Source: Thermoleophilaceae bacterium
GTDB lineage: Bacteria; Actinomycetota; Thermoleophilia; Solirubrobacterales; Thermoleophilaceae
NCBI GenBank assembly: GCA_036382905.1
Contig: DASVPL010000251.1
Location: forward strand, 1 to 62,265
Direction of reading: 5' to 3'
Length of the DNA: 62,265 nucleotides
In this document: positions 1-8,557 of the stretch, piece by piece
Layout of the letters: every line of letters starts with the position of its first letter
Numbering within the stretch: position 1 is the stretch's first letter
Notes under the pieces: generated by a model
Seen by the model: only the letters and a program-made list of their open reading frames with translations
The model's database searches: none
Told to the model about the DNA's origin: nothing
Translations under genes and position numbers: made by a program

Positions 1-891
1 GTCGGCGCCGACGTCGTCGTTCTCGCCGGCCGGCCCGTCGCCCGGCCGGTCGTCGAGGGTGATGTCGACGGGCCTGGTGCCGTCGTAGGGGGCGGCGCCG
101 TCGAAGCCGGCCCCGCCGCGAATCAGGTCGGCCCCGGGTCCGCCGTCGAGGAAATCGAAGTCGCCCGCGAACCCGTAGAGCTCGTCGTCGCCCGCGCCGC
201 CCTCGATGCGATCCGGCGAGTCCGTCCCGAACAGCCGGTCGTCGCCGGCGCCGCCCTCGAGGCTCGACCGCAGCCAGAGGCCGTTGCGGTGGCGCTCGTC
301 GAGGTGGAGCTCGTCGTCGCCGGCCCCGCCCGTGAGGTGGGTGAAGCCCGGCCCGACGTTGTCGCCCTCGCCGGCCTCGCCGTCGTTCGGCAGGCCGTCC
401 TGGATGACCGTCACGGCGCCCGTGCGGTCCGCGTAGCTCAGCCGCGAGTTCGTAAGGCCCTGCAACAGGTCGGCACCGGGACCGCCGTCCACGTCGACCT
501 TCACCTGCCTGGAGATCACCTGGTCGTCGCCCGGCCCCGCGTTCACGGTCGCCTCGAGGAGACCGAGCGTGAGGTGGTCGTCTCCGTCGCCGAGGTCGAA
601 GGCGGCCGAGTCGAAGTAGCCCTGCTCGGCAACGCAGACGACCGCGTTCGGGCCGTCGCTGCGGCAGTTCTCCCCGGGAGCGAGCGGTGCGCCGGTGTCC
701 TCGACGCGGACTCCACCCGTCGTCGCGTGGCTCATGCTGAGACGGCTGGACTCGCCGGGCTCGGCGCGGTACTCGAGGCGGTGGGCACCGGTGCTCGGAT
801 CGCGCGGCGCCGAGGCCACGCCGGCAAACGCAGGAGAGGCGGAGACGAGCACACATCCCACGACGAGCAGGGGCGCGAGGCGAATCGACAT
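1..891 (-). CDS. secreted calcium-binding repeat protein (RTX/hemolysin-type GGxGxD-like repeats); C-terminus runs off the window
   Basis: Absent from the supplied ORF track because there is no stop inside the window. Hand translation of the minus strand from the ATG at 891-889 gives MSIRLAPLLVVGCVLVSASPAFAGVASAP (signal-peptide-like). This is followed by repeated GGAGDD, GGPGAD and GPGDD motifs and stays open to position 1. Third codon positions are almost all G/C. Confidence 0.6.
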   Translation of the reverse strand, partial: MSIRLAPLLVVGCVLVSASPAFAGVASAPRDPSTGAHRLEYRAEPGESSRLSMSHATTGGVRVEDTGAPLAPGENCRSDGPNAVVCVAEQGYFDSAAFDLGDGDDHLTLGLLEATVNAGPGDDQVISRQVKVDVDGGPGADLLQGLTNSRLSYADRTGAVTVIQDGLPNDGEAGEGDNVGPGFTHLTGGAGDDELHLDERHRNGLWLRSSLEGGAGDDRLFGTDSPDRIEGGAGDDELYGFAGDFDFLDGGPGADLIRGGAGFDGAAPYDGTRPVDITLDDRPGDGPAGENDDVGAD

Positions 892-998
892 CACGCCCTC
901 AACCTCCCGCCTCGCCCCGAGTTGCGCTGCCGGTGGCGCATTCGCACCAGGCACGCCCCGACGCTAAAGGCCGATACACCAGGGCCGATAAGCCCAAC

Positions 999-2129
999 AT
1001 GGCATTCGACCTCGAGGCTGCCCTCCGCCGCGTGATCGAGATTGACGGGTCCGACCTTCACCTGAAGGTGCCCGCCCGTCCGCTCATCCGCACCATGGGT
1101 GCTCTGGAGCCCATTCCGGACACCGACGAGCTGACCCCCGAGGACACCGAGGGCGCCGTCCGCGAGCTGCTCAACGACCCCTCGAAGCTCGAGGAGTTCG
1201 CCAGCGAGCACGAGGTCGACTTCTCCTACAGCCTCCCCGGCTGCTCGCGCTTCCGCGTGAACGCCTTCCGCCAGCGCGGCGTCGTCTCGATGGTCGCCCG
1301 CGCCGTGCCGCACGAGATCAAGTCGATCGAGCAGCTCGGCCTCCCCGAGGTCATCGGCCAGATCGCCGACGAGGAGCGCGGGATCATCCTCGTGACCGGC
1401 ACCACCGGCTCGGGCAAGTCCTCCACGCTCGCCGGCATGATCGACCAGATCAACCGCCTCCACGCGCGGCACATCGTCACGATCGAGGACCCGATCGAGT
1501 TCCTCCACCGCGACAAGCGCTCGATCATCAACCAGCGCGAGGTCGGGGCCGACACGGCGTCGTTCAAGCGCGCCCTGCGCCGCGTGCTGCGCCAGGATCC
1601 CGACGTGATCCTGGTCGGCGAGATGCGCGACGAGGAGACCGTCAGCACCGCGCTCTCCGCCGCCGAGACCGGCCACCTCGTGCTCTCCACGCTCCACACG
1701 GTGGACGCGCCCGAGACCGTGAACCGCATCATCGACTTCTTCCCGCCGCACATGAACCAGCAGGTCCGCGCGATGCTCGCCGGCACGCTGAAGGCCGTCG
1801 TCTCGCAGCGCCTCGTGAAGACCGCCGACGGCCGCGGCCGGGTGGCCTGCTGCGAGGTCCTCCGGATGACCGGCCGCGTGCGCGACATGATCATGAACCC
1901 GGAGGAGACCGGGAAGCTCGTCGACGTGATCGCCGAGGGCGCCTACTACGGCATGCAGACCTTCGACCAGGCGCTGCTCGCCCACGTCCAGGGCGGCCGG
2001 ATCACGATGGAGGAGGCCATGCGCTCCGCCACCAGCCCGCACGACTTCAAGCTCATGGTCGCCTCCGACGGCCAGCGCTCGACCTCGGTCGAGCAGCTCA
2101 TGGGCGAGCCCGAGCCGTCCGTAGTCTGA
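999..2129 (+). CDS. pilT: type IV pilus twitching-motility ATPase PilT
   Basis: Walker A GTTGSGKSST, Asp box ILVGEMRD, His box LVLSTLHT, size about 376 aa. The start is moved to ATG 999 (MAFDLEAALRRVIEIDGSDLHL); the 933 start would overlap the divergent upstream gene region. Confidence 0.85.
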   Translation: MAFDLEAALRRVIEIDGSDLHLKVPARPLIRTMGALEPIPDTDELTPEDTEGAVRELLNDPSKLEEFASEHEVDFSYSLPGCSRFRVNAFRQRGVVSMVARAVPHEIKSIEQLGLPEVIGQIADEERGIILVTGTTGSGKSSTLAGMIDQINRLHARHIVTIEDPIEFLHRDKRSIINQREVGADTASFKRALRRVLRQDPDVILVGEMRDEETVSTALSAAETGHLVLSTLHTVDAPETVNRIIDFFPPHMNQQVRAMLAGTLKAVVSQRLVKTADGRGRVACCEVLRMTGRVRDMIMNPEETGKLVDVIAEGAYYGMQTFDQALLAHVQGGRITMEEAMRSATSPHDFKLMVASDGQRSTSVEQLMGEPEPSVV

Positions 2130-2167
2130 CGTCGCCGACCTCGCGAATCCGCTAACACTTCTCCGGC

Positions 2168-4480
2168 ATGCCCGTGCCGGATCGCATCGCGAATCCGTGG
2201 GGTGAGCGGACGCCGCTCGCGCCGGGTGACCGCTGGCCCGAGCGCGTCGACCAGCACCTGACGGTCCCCCCGGACGACGTCGACGCATGGGTGCGCGCGG
2301 CTTCGGTCCTCCACTCCAACGGCGACGCATACGACCTGGCCGTGGCGGACGGGCGGATCGTCGGAGTGCGCGGGCGGGGGGACGACCGCGTCAACCGCGG
2401 CCGGCTCGGCCCGAAGGACCTGTTCGGCTGGCAGGCGACCCACTCGCCGGACCGGCTCACGCGACCGCTCGTGCGGATGGCGAGCGGCGAGCTCGAGCCG
2501 GTGGACTGGGACGCCGCCATGGGCCTGATGGTCGAGCGCTCGAAGGAGCTGCTCGCCGAGTCCGGCAGCGGGGCGTTCGGCTTCTACACGACCGGCCAGC
2601 TCTTCCTCGAGGACTACTACGCGCAGGCGCTCGTCGCGCGGGCGGGGATCGGGACCAACCATCTCGACGGCAACACGCGCCTCTGCACCGCGACGGCGGC
2701 CGAGGCGATGAAGCAGTCGTTCGGCTGCGACGGCCAGCCCGGCTCCTACGACGACATCAACCACGCCGACACGATCGCGCTCTACGGCCACAACGTGGCG
2801 GCGACGCAGCCGGTCCTCTGGATGCGCATGCTCGACCGCCGCGCCGGGCCCGACCCGCCGACGCTCATCGCGGTCGACCCGCGCACGACCCCGGTCGCGC
2901 GCGAGGCCGACATCCACCTCGCTCCGAAGCCGGGTACCAATCTCGCCCTGCTGAACGCGCTCGTCCGCGAGCTGATCGCGAACGGTTGGGTCGACCGCGC
3001 GTACGTCGACGCGCACACCGTCGGGTACGACGACCTCGAGAGCAAGACGCGCGAGTGCACACCGGAGTGGGCCGAGCGGATCACCGGGGTCGCCGCCGCC
3101 GACGTCCGGCGCGCGGCCGAGGCGATCGGCGGCGCCGAGCGACTGGTCTCGACCCTGCTCCAGGGCGTGTACCAGTCGCACCAGGCGACCGGCACGGCGG
3201 TGCAGGTCAACAACCTCCACCTCCTGCGCGGCATGCTCGGCAGGCCCGGCTGCGGCGTGCTCCAGATGAACGGCCAGCCGACCGCCCAGAACACCCGCGA
3301 GTGTGGGTCCAACGGCGACCTCCCCGGCTTCCGCAACTGGCAGAACGAGGCGCATGTCGAGGACCTCGCGCGGGTCTGGAACGTGGATCCGCTCCAGATC
3401 CCGCACTGGGCCCCGCCCACCCACGCGATGGAGATCTTCCGCTACGCCGAGCAGGGCTCGATCCGGTTCCTGTGGATCACCGGCACGAACCCGGCGGTCT
3501 CGCTGCCGGAGCTGGAGCGCATCCGCGCGATCCTCCGCCAGGAGCGCCTCTTCGTGGTGGTCCAGGACCTCTTCCTGACCGAGACGGCCGAGCTGGCCGA
3601 CGTGGTGCTGCCGGCGGCGACGCTGGGGGAGAAGACCGGCACGTTCACGAACGCGGAGCGGACCGTGCACCTGGCCGAGAAGGCGGTCGACCCGCCGGGC
3701 GAGGCGCGCACCGACCTCGAGATCTTCCTCGACTACGCCCGCCGGATGGGCTTCACCGACCGCGACGGCAAGCCTCTCATCAAGTTCCACGACCCCGAGA
3801 GCGCGTTCGAGGCCTGGAAGGAGTGCTGCCGCGGTCGCCCCTGCGACTACACCGGGATCACCTACGCGCGGCTGCGCGAGCGCAGCGGGATCCAGTGGCC
3901 GTGCAACGAGGACGCTCCCGACGGCACCGAGCGCCTCTACACCGACGGGCGCTTCTTCGCGTCCCCCGAGGAGTGCGAGAGCTACGGCAAGGACCTGCTC
4001 ACGGGGGCCGCGCTCGAGGAGACCGAGTACCGCGCCGCGAACCCCGAGGGCCGCGCGATGCTAAAGGCGTGCGAGTACGTGAAGCCGGTCGAGGCGCCGG
4101 ACGACGAGTACCCGTTGGCCCTCACGACCGGGCGCACGATCTACCACTTCCACACGCGCACGAAGACCGGCCGCGCTCCGGAGCTGCACGCGGCGGCGCC
4201 CGAGCCGTGGGTCGAGATGGCTCCGAGTGACGCGGAGGCCGCCGGCGTGGCGGAGGGCGACGAGGTCGAGGTCGTGACGCCGCGCGGCCGGGTGCGGGTG
4301 CCGGTGCGGCTCACGGGGATGCTGCCGGGCGTCGTGTTCGTGCCGTTCCACTACGGCTACTGGGACGCTCCCGGCGCCGACCACGACCGCGCCGCCAACG
4401 AGCTGACGATCACCGCCTGGGACCCGGCCTCGAAGCAGCCGCTGCTCAAGGTGGGCAAGGCGCGGGTGCAGCGGGCGTGA
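2168..4480 (+). CDS. molybdopterin (bis-MGD) oxidoreductase family protein, nitrate-reductase/formate-dehydrogenase-like, no N-terminal 4Fe-4S cysteine motif
   Basis: 770 aa with typical MopB blocks (GNTRLCTATAAEAMKQSFG, LYGHNVAATQPV, LWITGTNPAVSLP) and a C-terminal molybdopterin dinucleotide-binding barrel (LTTGRTIYHFHTRTKTG). No twin-arginine signal. Confidence 0.85.
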   Translation: MPVPDRIANPWGERTPLAPGDRWPERVDQHLTVPPDDVDAWVRAASVLHSNGDAYDLAVADGRIVGVRGRGDDRVNRGRLGPKDLFGWQATHSPDRLTRPLVRMASGELEPVDWDAAMGLMVERSKELLAESGSGAFGFYTTGQLFLEDYYAQALVARAGIGTNHLDGNTRLCTATAAEAMKQSFGCDGQPGSYDDINHADTIALYGHNVAATQPVLWMRMLDRRAGPDPPTLIAVDPRTTPVAREADIHLAPKPGTNLALLNALVRELIANGWVDRAYVDAHTVGYDDLESKTRECTPEWAERITGVAAADVRRAAEAIGGAERLVSTLLQGVYQSHQATGTAVQVNNLHLLRGMLGRPGCGVLQMNGQPTAQNTRECGSNGDLPGFRNWQNEAHVEDLARVWNVDPLQIPHWAPPTHAMEIFRYAEQGSIRFLWITGTNPAVSLPELERIRAILRQERLFVVVQDLFLTETAELADVVLPAATLGEKTGTFTNAERTVHLAEKAVDPPGEARTDLEIFLDYARRMGFTDRDGKPLIKFHDPESAFEAWKECCRGRPCDYTGITYARLRERSGIQWPCNEDAPDGTERLYTDGRFFASPEECESYGKDLLTGAALEETEYRAANPEGRAMLKACEYVKPVEAPDDEYPLALTTGRTIYHFHTRTKTGRAPELHAAAPEPWVEMAPSDAEAAGVAEGDEVEVVTPRGRVRVPVRLTGMLPGVVFVPFHYGYWDAPGADHDRAANELTITAWDPASKQPLLKVGKARVQRA

Positions 4481-4962
4481 AGCTCGGGCTCGCGATCGAG
4501 CAGCTCGCCGAGTCCGAGGAGCGGCTCGCGACCGAGCTGGCGCGGGCGGGCGAGCGCCACGAGGCCGACCACGACGTGTACCACCTGAGCTCCACCCTGG
4601 CGGGGATCTCGCGCGCGCACCTGAAGGCGCTGGCGCCGTTCGCGGAGCGCTACGGGGTCGCCGTCGAGACGAACGGCGCCGGTCCGGCGTCCGGGCTGCT
4701 GGGCGCGGTTCGCGAGAGGGCGTCCGAGCTCACCGGCCGGCGGCCCGAGGCGGGGCTGCTCCTGCTGCGCGACCTGCGCGAGCTGTACCTGCTCGCGTCC
4801 GACGCCTCGCTCGGCTGGACCGTCCTCGGCCAGGGCGCGCAGGCCGCCCGCGACAGCGAGCTGCTGGACGTGGTGAGCGAGTGCCATCCGGACACGCTGC
4901 GCCAGATCAAGTGGATCACCACGCGGATCAAGCAGGCCGCGCCCCAGGCGCTCACGACCTAG
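4477..4962 (+). CDS. hypothetical helical protein, translationally coupled to the molybdoenzyme
   Basis: The GTG start overlaps the upstream TGA (GTGA at 4477-4480). The 161-aa product has normal composition; I recognise no family. Confidence 0.55.
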   Translation: MKLGLAIEQLAESEERLATELARAGERHEADHDVYHLSSTLAGISRAHLKALAPFAERYGVAVETNGAGPASGLLGAVRERASELTGRRPEAGLLLLRDLRELYLLASDASLGWTVLGQGAQAARDSELLDVVSECHPDTLRQIKWITTRIKQAAPQALTT

Positions 4963-5044
4963 GCGCCGCCGCCCCTTGACGCGCGGCGGCGTTGCCGCAA
5001 GTGTTTCCTCTCCCCCCACCCCGACTCCATCAGGGAGGCAGTAC

Positions 5045-5770
5045 ATGCAGAGCACTCTTGGGCAGTTCCAGGAGACCGAGTCGACCGAGCCGTTCAGCCT
5101 TCAGAACAGCAAGCTGCTGAAGGTCGAGCTGAACCAGGTCACGATCCAGGCGAAGCTCGGTTCGATGGTCGCCTACCAGGGCGACGTGACCTTCGAGCAC
5201 GCCGGCTCCGGCGGCATGGGCCGGATGCTGAAGAAGGCGGTCACCGGCGAGGGGACCAAGCTGATGAAGATGTCGGGCGCCGGCGAGGTCTTCCTGGCCG
5301 ACCAGGCCCAGGACATCCACCTGGTCCAGCTCGAGAACGACTACATCACCTGCAACGGCGCCAACGTCCTGGCGTTCGACGCGGGGATCGACTGGGACAT
5401 CAAGAAGGTGGAGGGCGGCGTGGCCGCGGCGATGGCCGGCGGCCTCACGAACATGACCCTCCAGGGGACCGGCTGGGTGGCGCTGATCTCGGACGGCCCG
5501 CCCGTCCTGCTCGACGTGTCGACGGCGCCCACGTTCGCCGACGCCCAGGCCGCGATCACGTGGTCGAGCGGCGTCCAGACGCAGGTCAAGGTCGACGCGA
5601 ACCTGAAGTCGCTGATCGGCCGCGGCTCGGGCGAGAGCATCCAGATGGCCTTCAGCGGCCAGGGCTGGGTGCTCGTGCAGCCGAGCGAGGGCATGGTCCA
5701 GGCGGCTGCCGCCGGAGGTGGCGGCGGTGGCGCCGCGGGCGGCCTCGCCGGGATGCTCGGCGGGCGCTAG
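5045..5770 (+). CDS. AIM24 (DUF124) family protein
   Basis: ATG at 5045 is preceded by AGGGAGG. Sequence LKVELNQVTIQAKLGSMVAYQGDV...GAGEVFLAD...VLAFDAGIDWD plus a Gly-rich C-terminal tail is typical of AIM24/TRAP-like beta proteins. Confidence 0.7.
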   Translation: MQSTLGQFQETESTEPFSLQNSKLLKVELNQVTIQAKLGSMVAYQGDVTFEHAGSGGMGRMLKKAVTGEGTKLMKMSGAGEVFLADQAQDIHLVQLENDYITCNGANVLAFDAGIDWDIKKVEGGVAAAMAGGLTNMTLQGTGWVALISDGPPVLLDVSTAPTFADAQAAITWSSGVQTQVKVDANLKSLIGRGSGESIQMAFSGQGWVLVQPSEGMVQAAAAGGGGGGAAGGLAGMLGGR

Positions 5771-5855
5771 CCGGACCGGGTGCCGGCTCCCGCCGCGGGG
5801 GCCGGCACCGCTTAGCCGCTGGGGTTGCACCGCTTCCGCCGCTACACTTCACTTT

Positions 5856-6221
5856 GTGAAGCAAGGGAGCGACGTCTGTCCCGTCTGTGCGACCGCCGAG
5901 CTCGTCTGCACCAAGTGGACGATGCTCATCGTCCGCGATCTCGCACAGGGCCGCAGCCGCTTCTGCGAGTTCGAGCGCTCGCTCGCCGGGATCAGCCCGC
6001 GCACGCTGTCGCTGCGGCTGCGTGAGCTGGAGGCCGAGGGCGTGGTCGAGCGCCGCACCTACCCGGAGGTCCCGCCGCGGGTCGAGTACGCGCTCACCGA
6101 GAAGGGTCAGGCGCTCCTGCCGATCATCGAGGTGATGCGGGACTTCGGGCGCGAGTGGCTCGACGCCCACGGGCCGTGCGACGTGCCGGACGAGGCACGC
6201 GCTCCCGCCGCGGTCGCCTAG
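5856..6221 (+). CDS. HxlR family winged-helix transcriptional regulator
   Basis: CPVCATAELVCTKWTMLIVRDLAQGRSRFCEFERSLAGISPRTLSLRLRELEAEGVVERRTYPEVPPRVEYALTEKG is a textbook HxlR domain. The GTG at 5856 is chosen because the 5718 start overlaps the previous CDS. Confidence 0.8.
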   Translation: MKQGSDVCPVCATAELVCTKWTMLIVRDLAQGRSRFCEFERSLAGISPRTLSLRLRELEAEGVVERRTYPEVPPRVEYALTEKGQALLPIIEVMRDFGREWLDAHGPCDVPDEARAPAAVA

Positions 6222-6269
6222 CCGCACCCCTTCGCAGGAGCACGCGGCGCCGCGGCGAAATGGCGCCTC

Positions 6270-8252
6270 ATGCGCAACCGCGAGCTGCACGACGCACTCC
6301 GTGACTTCGCGCTCGAGTCCGCCGCGCTGCTCACCGCGGCGGTCGGCGCGGGCGCCGAGCTGCCCTACGACGTTCTCGAGGAGCCGGGCACAGGCTCGGT
6401 CCTCTACCGCTACCAGCCGCTGACGGCCGAGTTCATCGGCGCGCGCTGGGACTCGATCTCCGCCCAGTCGAGCTTCGAGCGCGCGGCGCGCGCCCTCGGC
6501 ACCGGAGCCGAGGCCTACCTGCGCATGCGCGGGCTGCCCGGCGGCGCGGACTCCGAGCCGGCGCTGCGGGCGCTGCTCGAGCGCCTCTACGAGGACGCGA
6601 CCGGCTTCGAGTTCCCCGAGGAGCGCTTCGAGCGCGTGTACGCGGAGTTCGAGCGCACGCTCTACGAGCACACGCTGCGCGCATCGGTGGTCGCGCCGGT
6701 GCACGGGCTGGTGCTCGAGCGCGAGCGGGTGGAGCTCGGCGGCGGGCTGATCCTCGCGCGCGGCGATCGCGTCGCGGCTCCTCCGGAGGCGGTCTGGCCG
6801 CTCGGGCCGGGGGAGCGCGACCGGGCGACGGGCCCCAACACCGTGGTCGCGCTCGAGCGCGACGTGGAGGCCGACGCCGGCATGCCCGCCGGCGAGGCAC
6901 GGATCCGGTTTCGCAGGCTGCTCACCGCCCTGCGGCTGCTGAAGCCCGGGCGCGTGGCGTTCGGCGCTCCCGCGTGGGGGCGGGCCGACGAGGGCGCCTG
7001 GCAGCCGATCCCTCTGTCGTTCGGAGGCCGCGGCCGCGGCGAGCCGTGGCTGCTGCGCGCGTCCGAGGGCGGGGAGCTGGCCGAGCTGGTCGAGCTCGTC
7101 TCGGCGGCGCGGCTGCCGGGGCGGATCGCGTGGGCCCTCGGGCGCTTCGAGATGGGGTGCGAGCGCGGCTCCGACGCCGAGGCGCTGTCCGACTACCTGC
7201 TGGCGCTGCGGGCGATGCTCGACGCCGACGACGAGACCGGCCGCGCGAGCCTCGGGTTGCGGCTGGCGGCGCTGTGCGCCGAGGAGTCCGAGCGGCGCGG
7301 GGTGCGCGCGCGGCTCGAGACGGCGTTCGCGCTGGAGCGCTCGGCCATGGGCGGCGCCGTGCTCGACCCCGACGACACGGCTCCCGGCGCGGTCGTGCAC
7401 GAGCTCGAGCAGCACGTGCGCGCGCTGCTGCGCGACGTGGTGTGCGGCTACCTGGGCGGCGACCTCCGCTCGGTGGCCGACGACATCCTGCTCGCGAGCG
7501 CCGACCCGATCGAGATCCGCGCACGCGACGTGCGTGCCGAGCCGGACGAGGTCCCCGACCTGCGCGACCCGGCGCCCGACCTGCTCGACGAGCCGCCGCC
7601 GCGCGCCGAGGAGCGCGAGGAGGGGTTCCCGGAGCCGCTGGCGACGGGGGAGCACGACCCCGGCCTCTTCGCGCGCACGGGGGACGAAGACTGGGAGGAG
7701 CCGGACGATGCGGCGGAGCCCGATGCCGACGGCGGTCCGCTGCTGCGGCGCGTGCGCCGCGGCGACGGGCCCGGCACCGCCGCGGACCCGCGCTCGGCGG
7801 CGTGGCGGATCGCTTCGCAGCCGGGGCCGCGAAGGGGGCGCGAGCGGCCCGAGCCTGCGGCGACGCCGGCGTCGGTGATGGCGGACGAGGAGCTGACGAT
7901 CGCCGACCGCCCCATGGCGGCGGCGGTGGCGGAGCCGCCGGTGGCGGAGCCGCGGCGCGCCGAGCCGAGGAGCGCCGAGCCGCCGCGCGCCGAGCCGACG
8001 GTGGCGGAGCCTCGCGCCGAGCCGAGGAGCGCCGAGCCGCCGGTGGCGGAGCCTCGCGCCGAGCCGAGGAGCGCCGAGCCGCCGGACCCCCTTGCGGCCG
8101 CCGCGCCGGAGCCGCTGCTTCCCCCCGAGGAGCCCACCTCACGGATCGCCGCGCTCGACGCGCCCGAGATCGACGTCGATCACACGATCAGCGCGGGCGT
8201 CACCCCGTCGGCGGACTGGGACGACGACGACTGCTGGTCGGCGCCGGTCTGA
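6270..8252 (+). CDS. hypothetical protein with acidic/proline-rich C-terminal tandem repeats
   Basis: 660-aa ORF with a non-repetitive N-terminal 430 aa of normal composition. A disordered Pro/Glu/Arg tail follows, containing VAEPRAEPRSAEPP repeats. No family recognised. Confidence 0.6.
   Translation: MRNRELHDALRDFALESAALLTAAVGAGAELPYDVLEEPGTGSVLYRYQPLTAEFIGARWDSISAQSSFERAARALGTGAEAYLRMRGLPGGADSEPALRALLERLYEDATGFEFPEERFERVYAEFERTLYEHTLRASVVAPVHGLVLERERVELGGGLILARGDRVAAPPEAVWPLGPGERDRATGPNTVVALERDVEADAGMPAGEARIRFRRLLTALRLLKPGRVAFGAPAWGRADEGAWQPIPLSFGGRGRGEPWLLRASEGGELAELVELVSAARLPGRIAWALGRFEMGCERGSDAEALSDYLLALRAMLDADDETGRASLGLRLAALCAEESERRGVRARLETAFALERSAMGGAVLDPDDTAPGAVVHELEQHVRALLRDVVCGYLGGDLRSVADDILLASADPIEIRARDVRAEPDEVPDLRDPAPDLLDEPPPRAEEREEGFPEPLATGEHDPGLFARTGDEDWEEPDDAAEPDADGGPLLRRVRRGDGPGTAADPRSAAWRIASQPGPRRGRERPEPAATPASVMADEELTIADRPMAAAVAEPPVAEPRRAEPRSAEPPRAEPTVAEPRAEPRSAEPPVAEPRAEPRSAEPPDPLAAAAPEPLLPPEEPTSRIAALDAPEIDVDHTISAGVTPSADWDDDDCWSAPV
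7926..8084 (+). repeat. in-frame tandem repeat: two perfect 42-nt units (8001-8042, 8043-8084) preceded by degenerate copies
   Basis: GTGGCGGAGCCTCGCGCCGAGCCGAGGAGCGCCGAGCCGCCG occurs twice back to back. Related units GTGGCGGAGCCGCCG and GTGGCGGAGCCGCGGCGCGCCGAGCCGAGGAGCGCCGAGCCGCCG lie upstream from 7926. Confidence 0.9.
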
Positions 8253-8557
8253 CCACCGAAGCGCCGGAAACGGCCTTCGCCGAGCTGGCCGCTGCGCTCA
8301 CGCGCCAGCGCGGCGTGACCGAGGGGAAGGCGTTCCGCTCGCCCGGCCTGAAGGTCGACGGGCGGATCTTCGCGATGCTGGTCGGGGAGGAGCTTGTGGT
8401 GAAGCTCCCGGCCGAGCGCTGCAAAGCCCTGGTCACCGACGGCGCCGCGCGGCCGTTCGAGTCGGGCTCGCGCAAGATGCGCGAGTGGGTCGTGATCGAG
8501 CTGCCGCCAACGCGGTGGCCGGAGCTCGCGCGCGAGGCCCTGTCCTTCGTACGCTAG
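8249..8557 (+). CDS. TfoX N-terminal domain-like small protein (start uncertain)
   Basis: The last 102 codons of supplied ORF 6974..8557 read AFAELAAALTRQRGVTEGKAFRSPGLKVDGRIFAMLVGEELVVKLPAERCKALV...PFESGSRKMREWVVIELP, which is TfoX_N-like. There is no ATG/GTG/TTG near the domain start. CTG at 8249 overlaps the upstream TGA; the first canonical start, GTG 8315, would truncate the domain. Confidence 0.5.
   Translation: MTTEAPETAFAELAAALTRQRGVTEGKAFRSPGLKVDGRIFAMLVGEELVVKLPAERCKALVTDGAARPFESGSRKMREWVVIELPPTRWPELAREALSFVR

Noticed and set aside
206-1035. Plus-strand ORFs 206..436, 289..1035 and 695..967.
   Set aside because: They are antisense to the hand-translated RTX-like gene, which has a signal peptide and repeat motifs. 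Their own translations are low-complexity.
7926-8084. Possible CRISPR-like or minisatellite array.
   Set aside because: The units are contiguous with no spacers, are a multiple of 3 nt (42 nt), and are in frame within a CDS encoding a peptide repeat. This is not a CRISPR array.
6922-8248. Arg/Ala/Pro-rich ORFs 6922..8142(-) and 6974..8557(+) overlapping the 660-aa gene.
   Set aside because: Their composition (runs of RRRA/PRRA) is typical of wrong-frame translation. Only the last ~309 nt of 6974..8557 have real protein-like sequence (TfoX_N-like) and were kept as a separate CDS.
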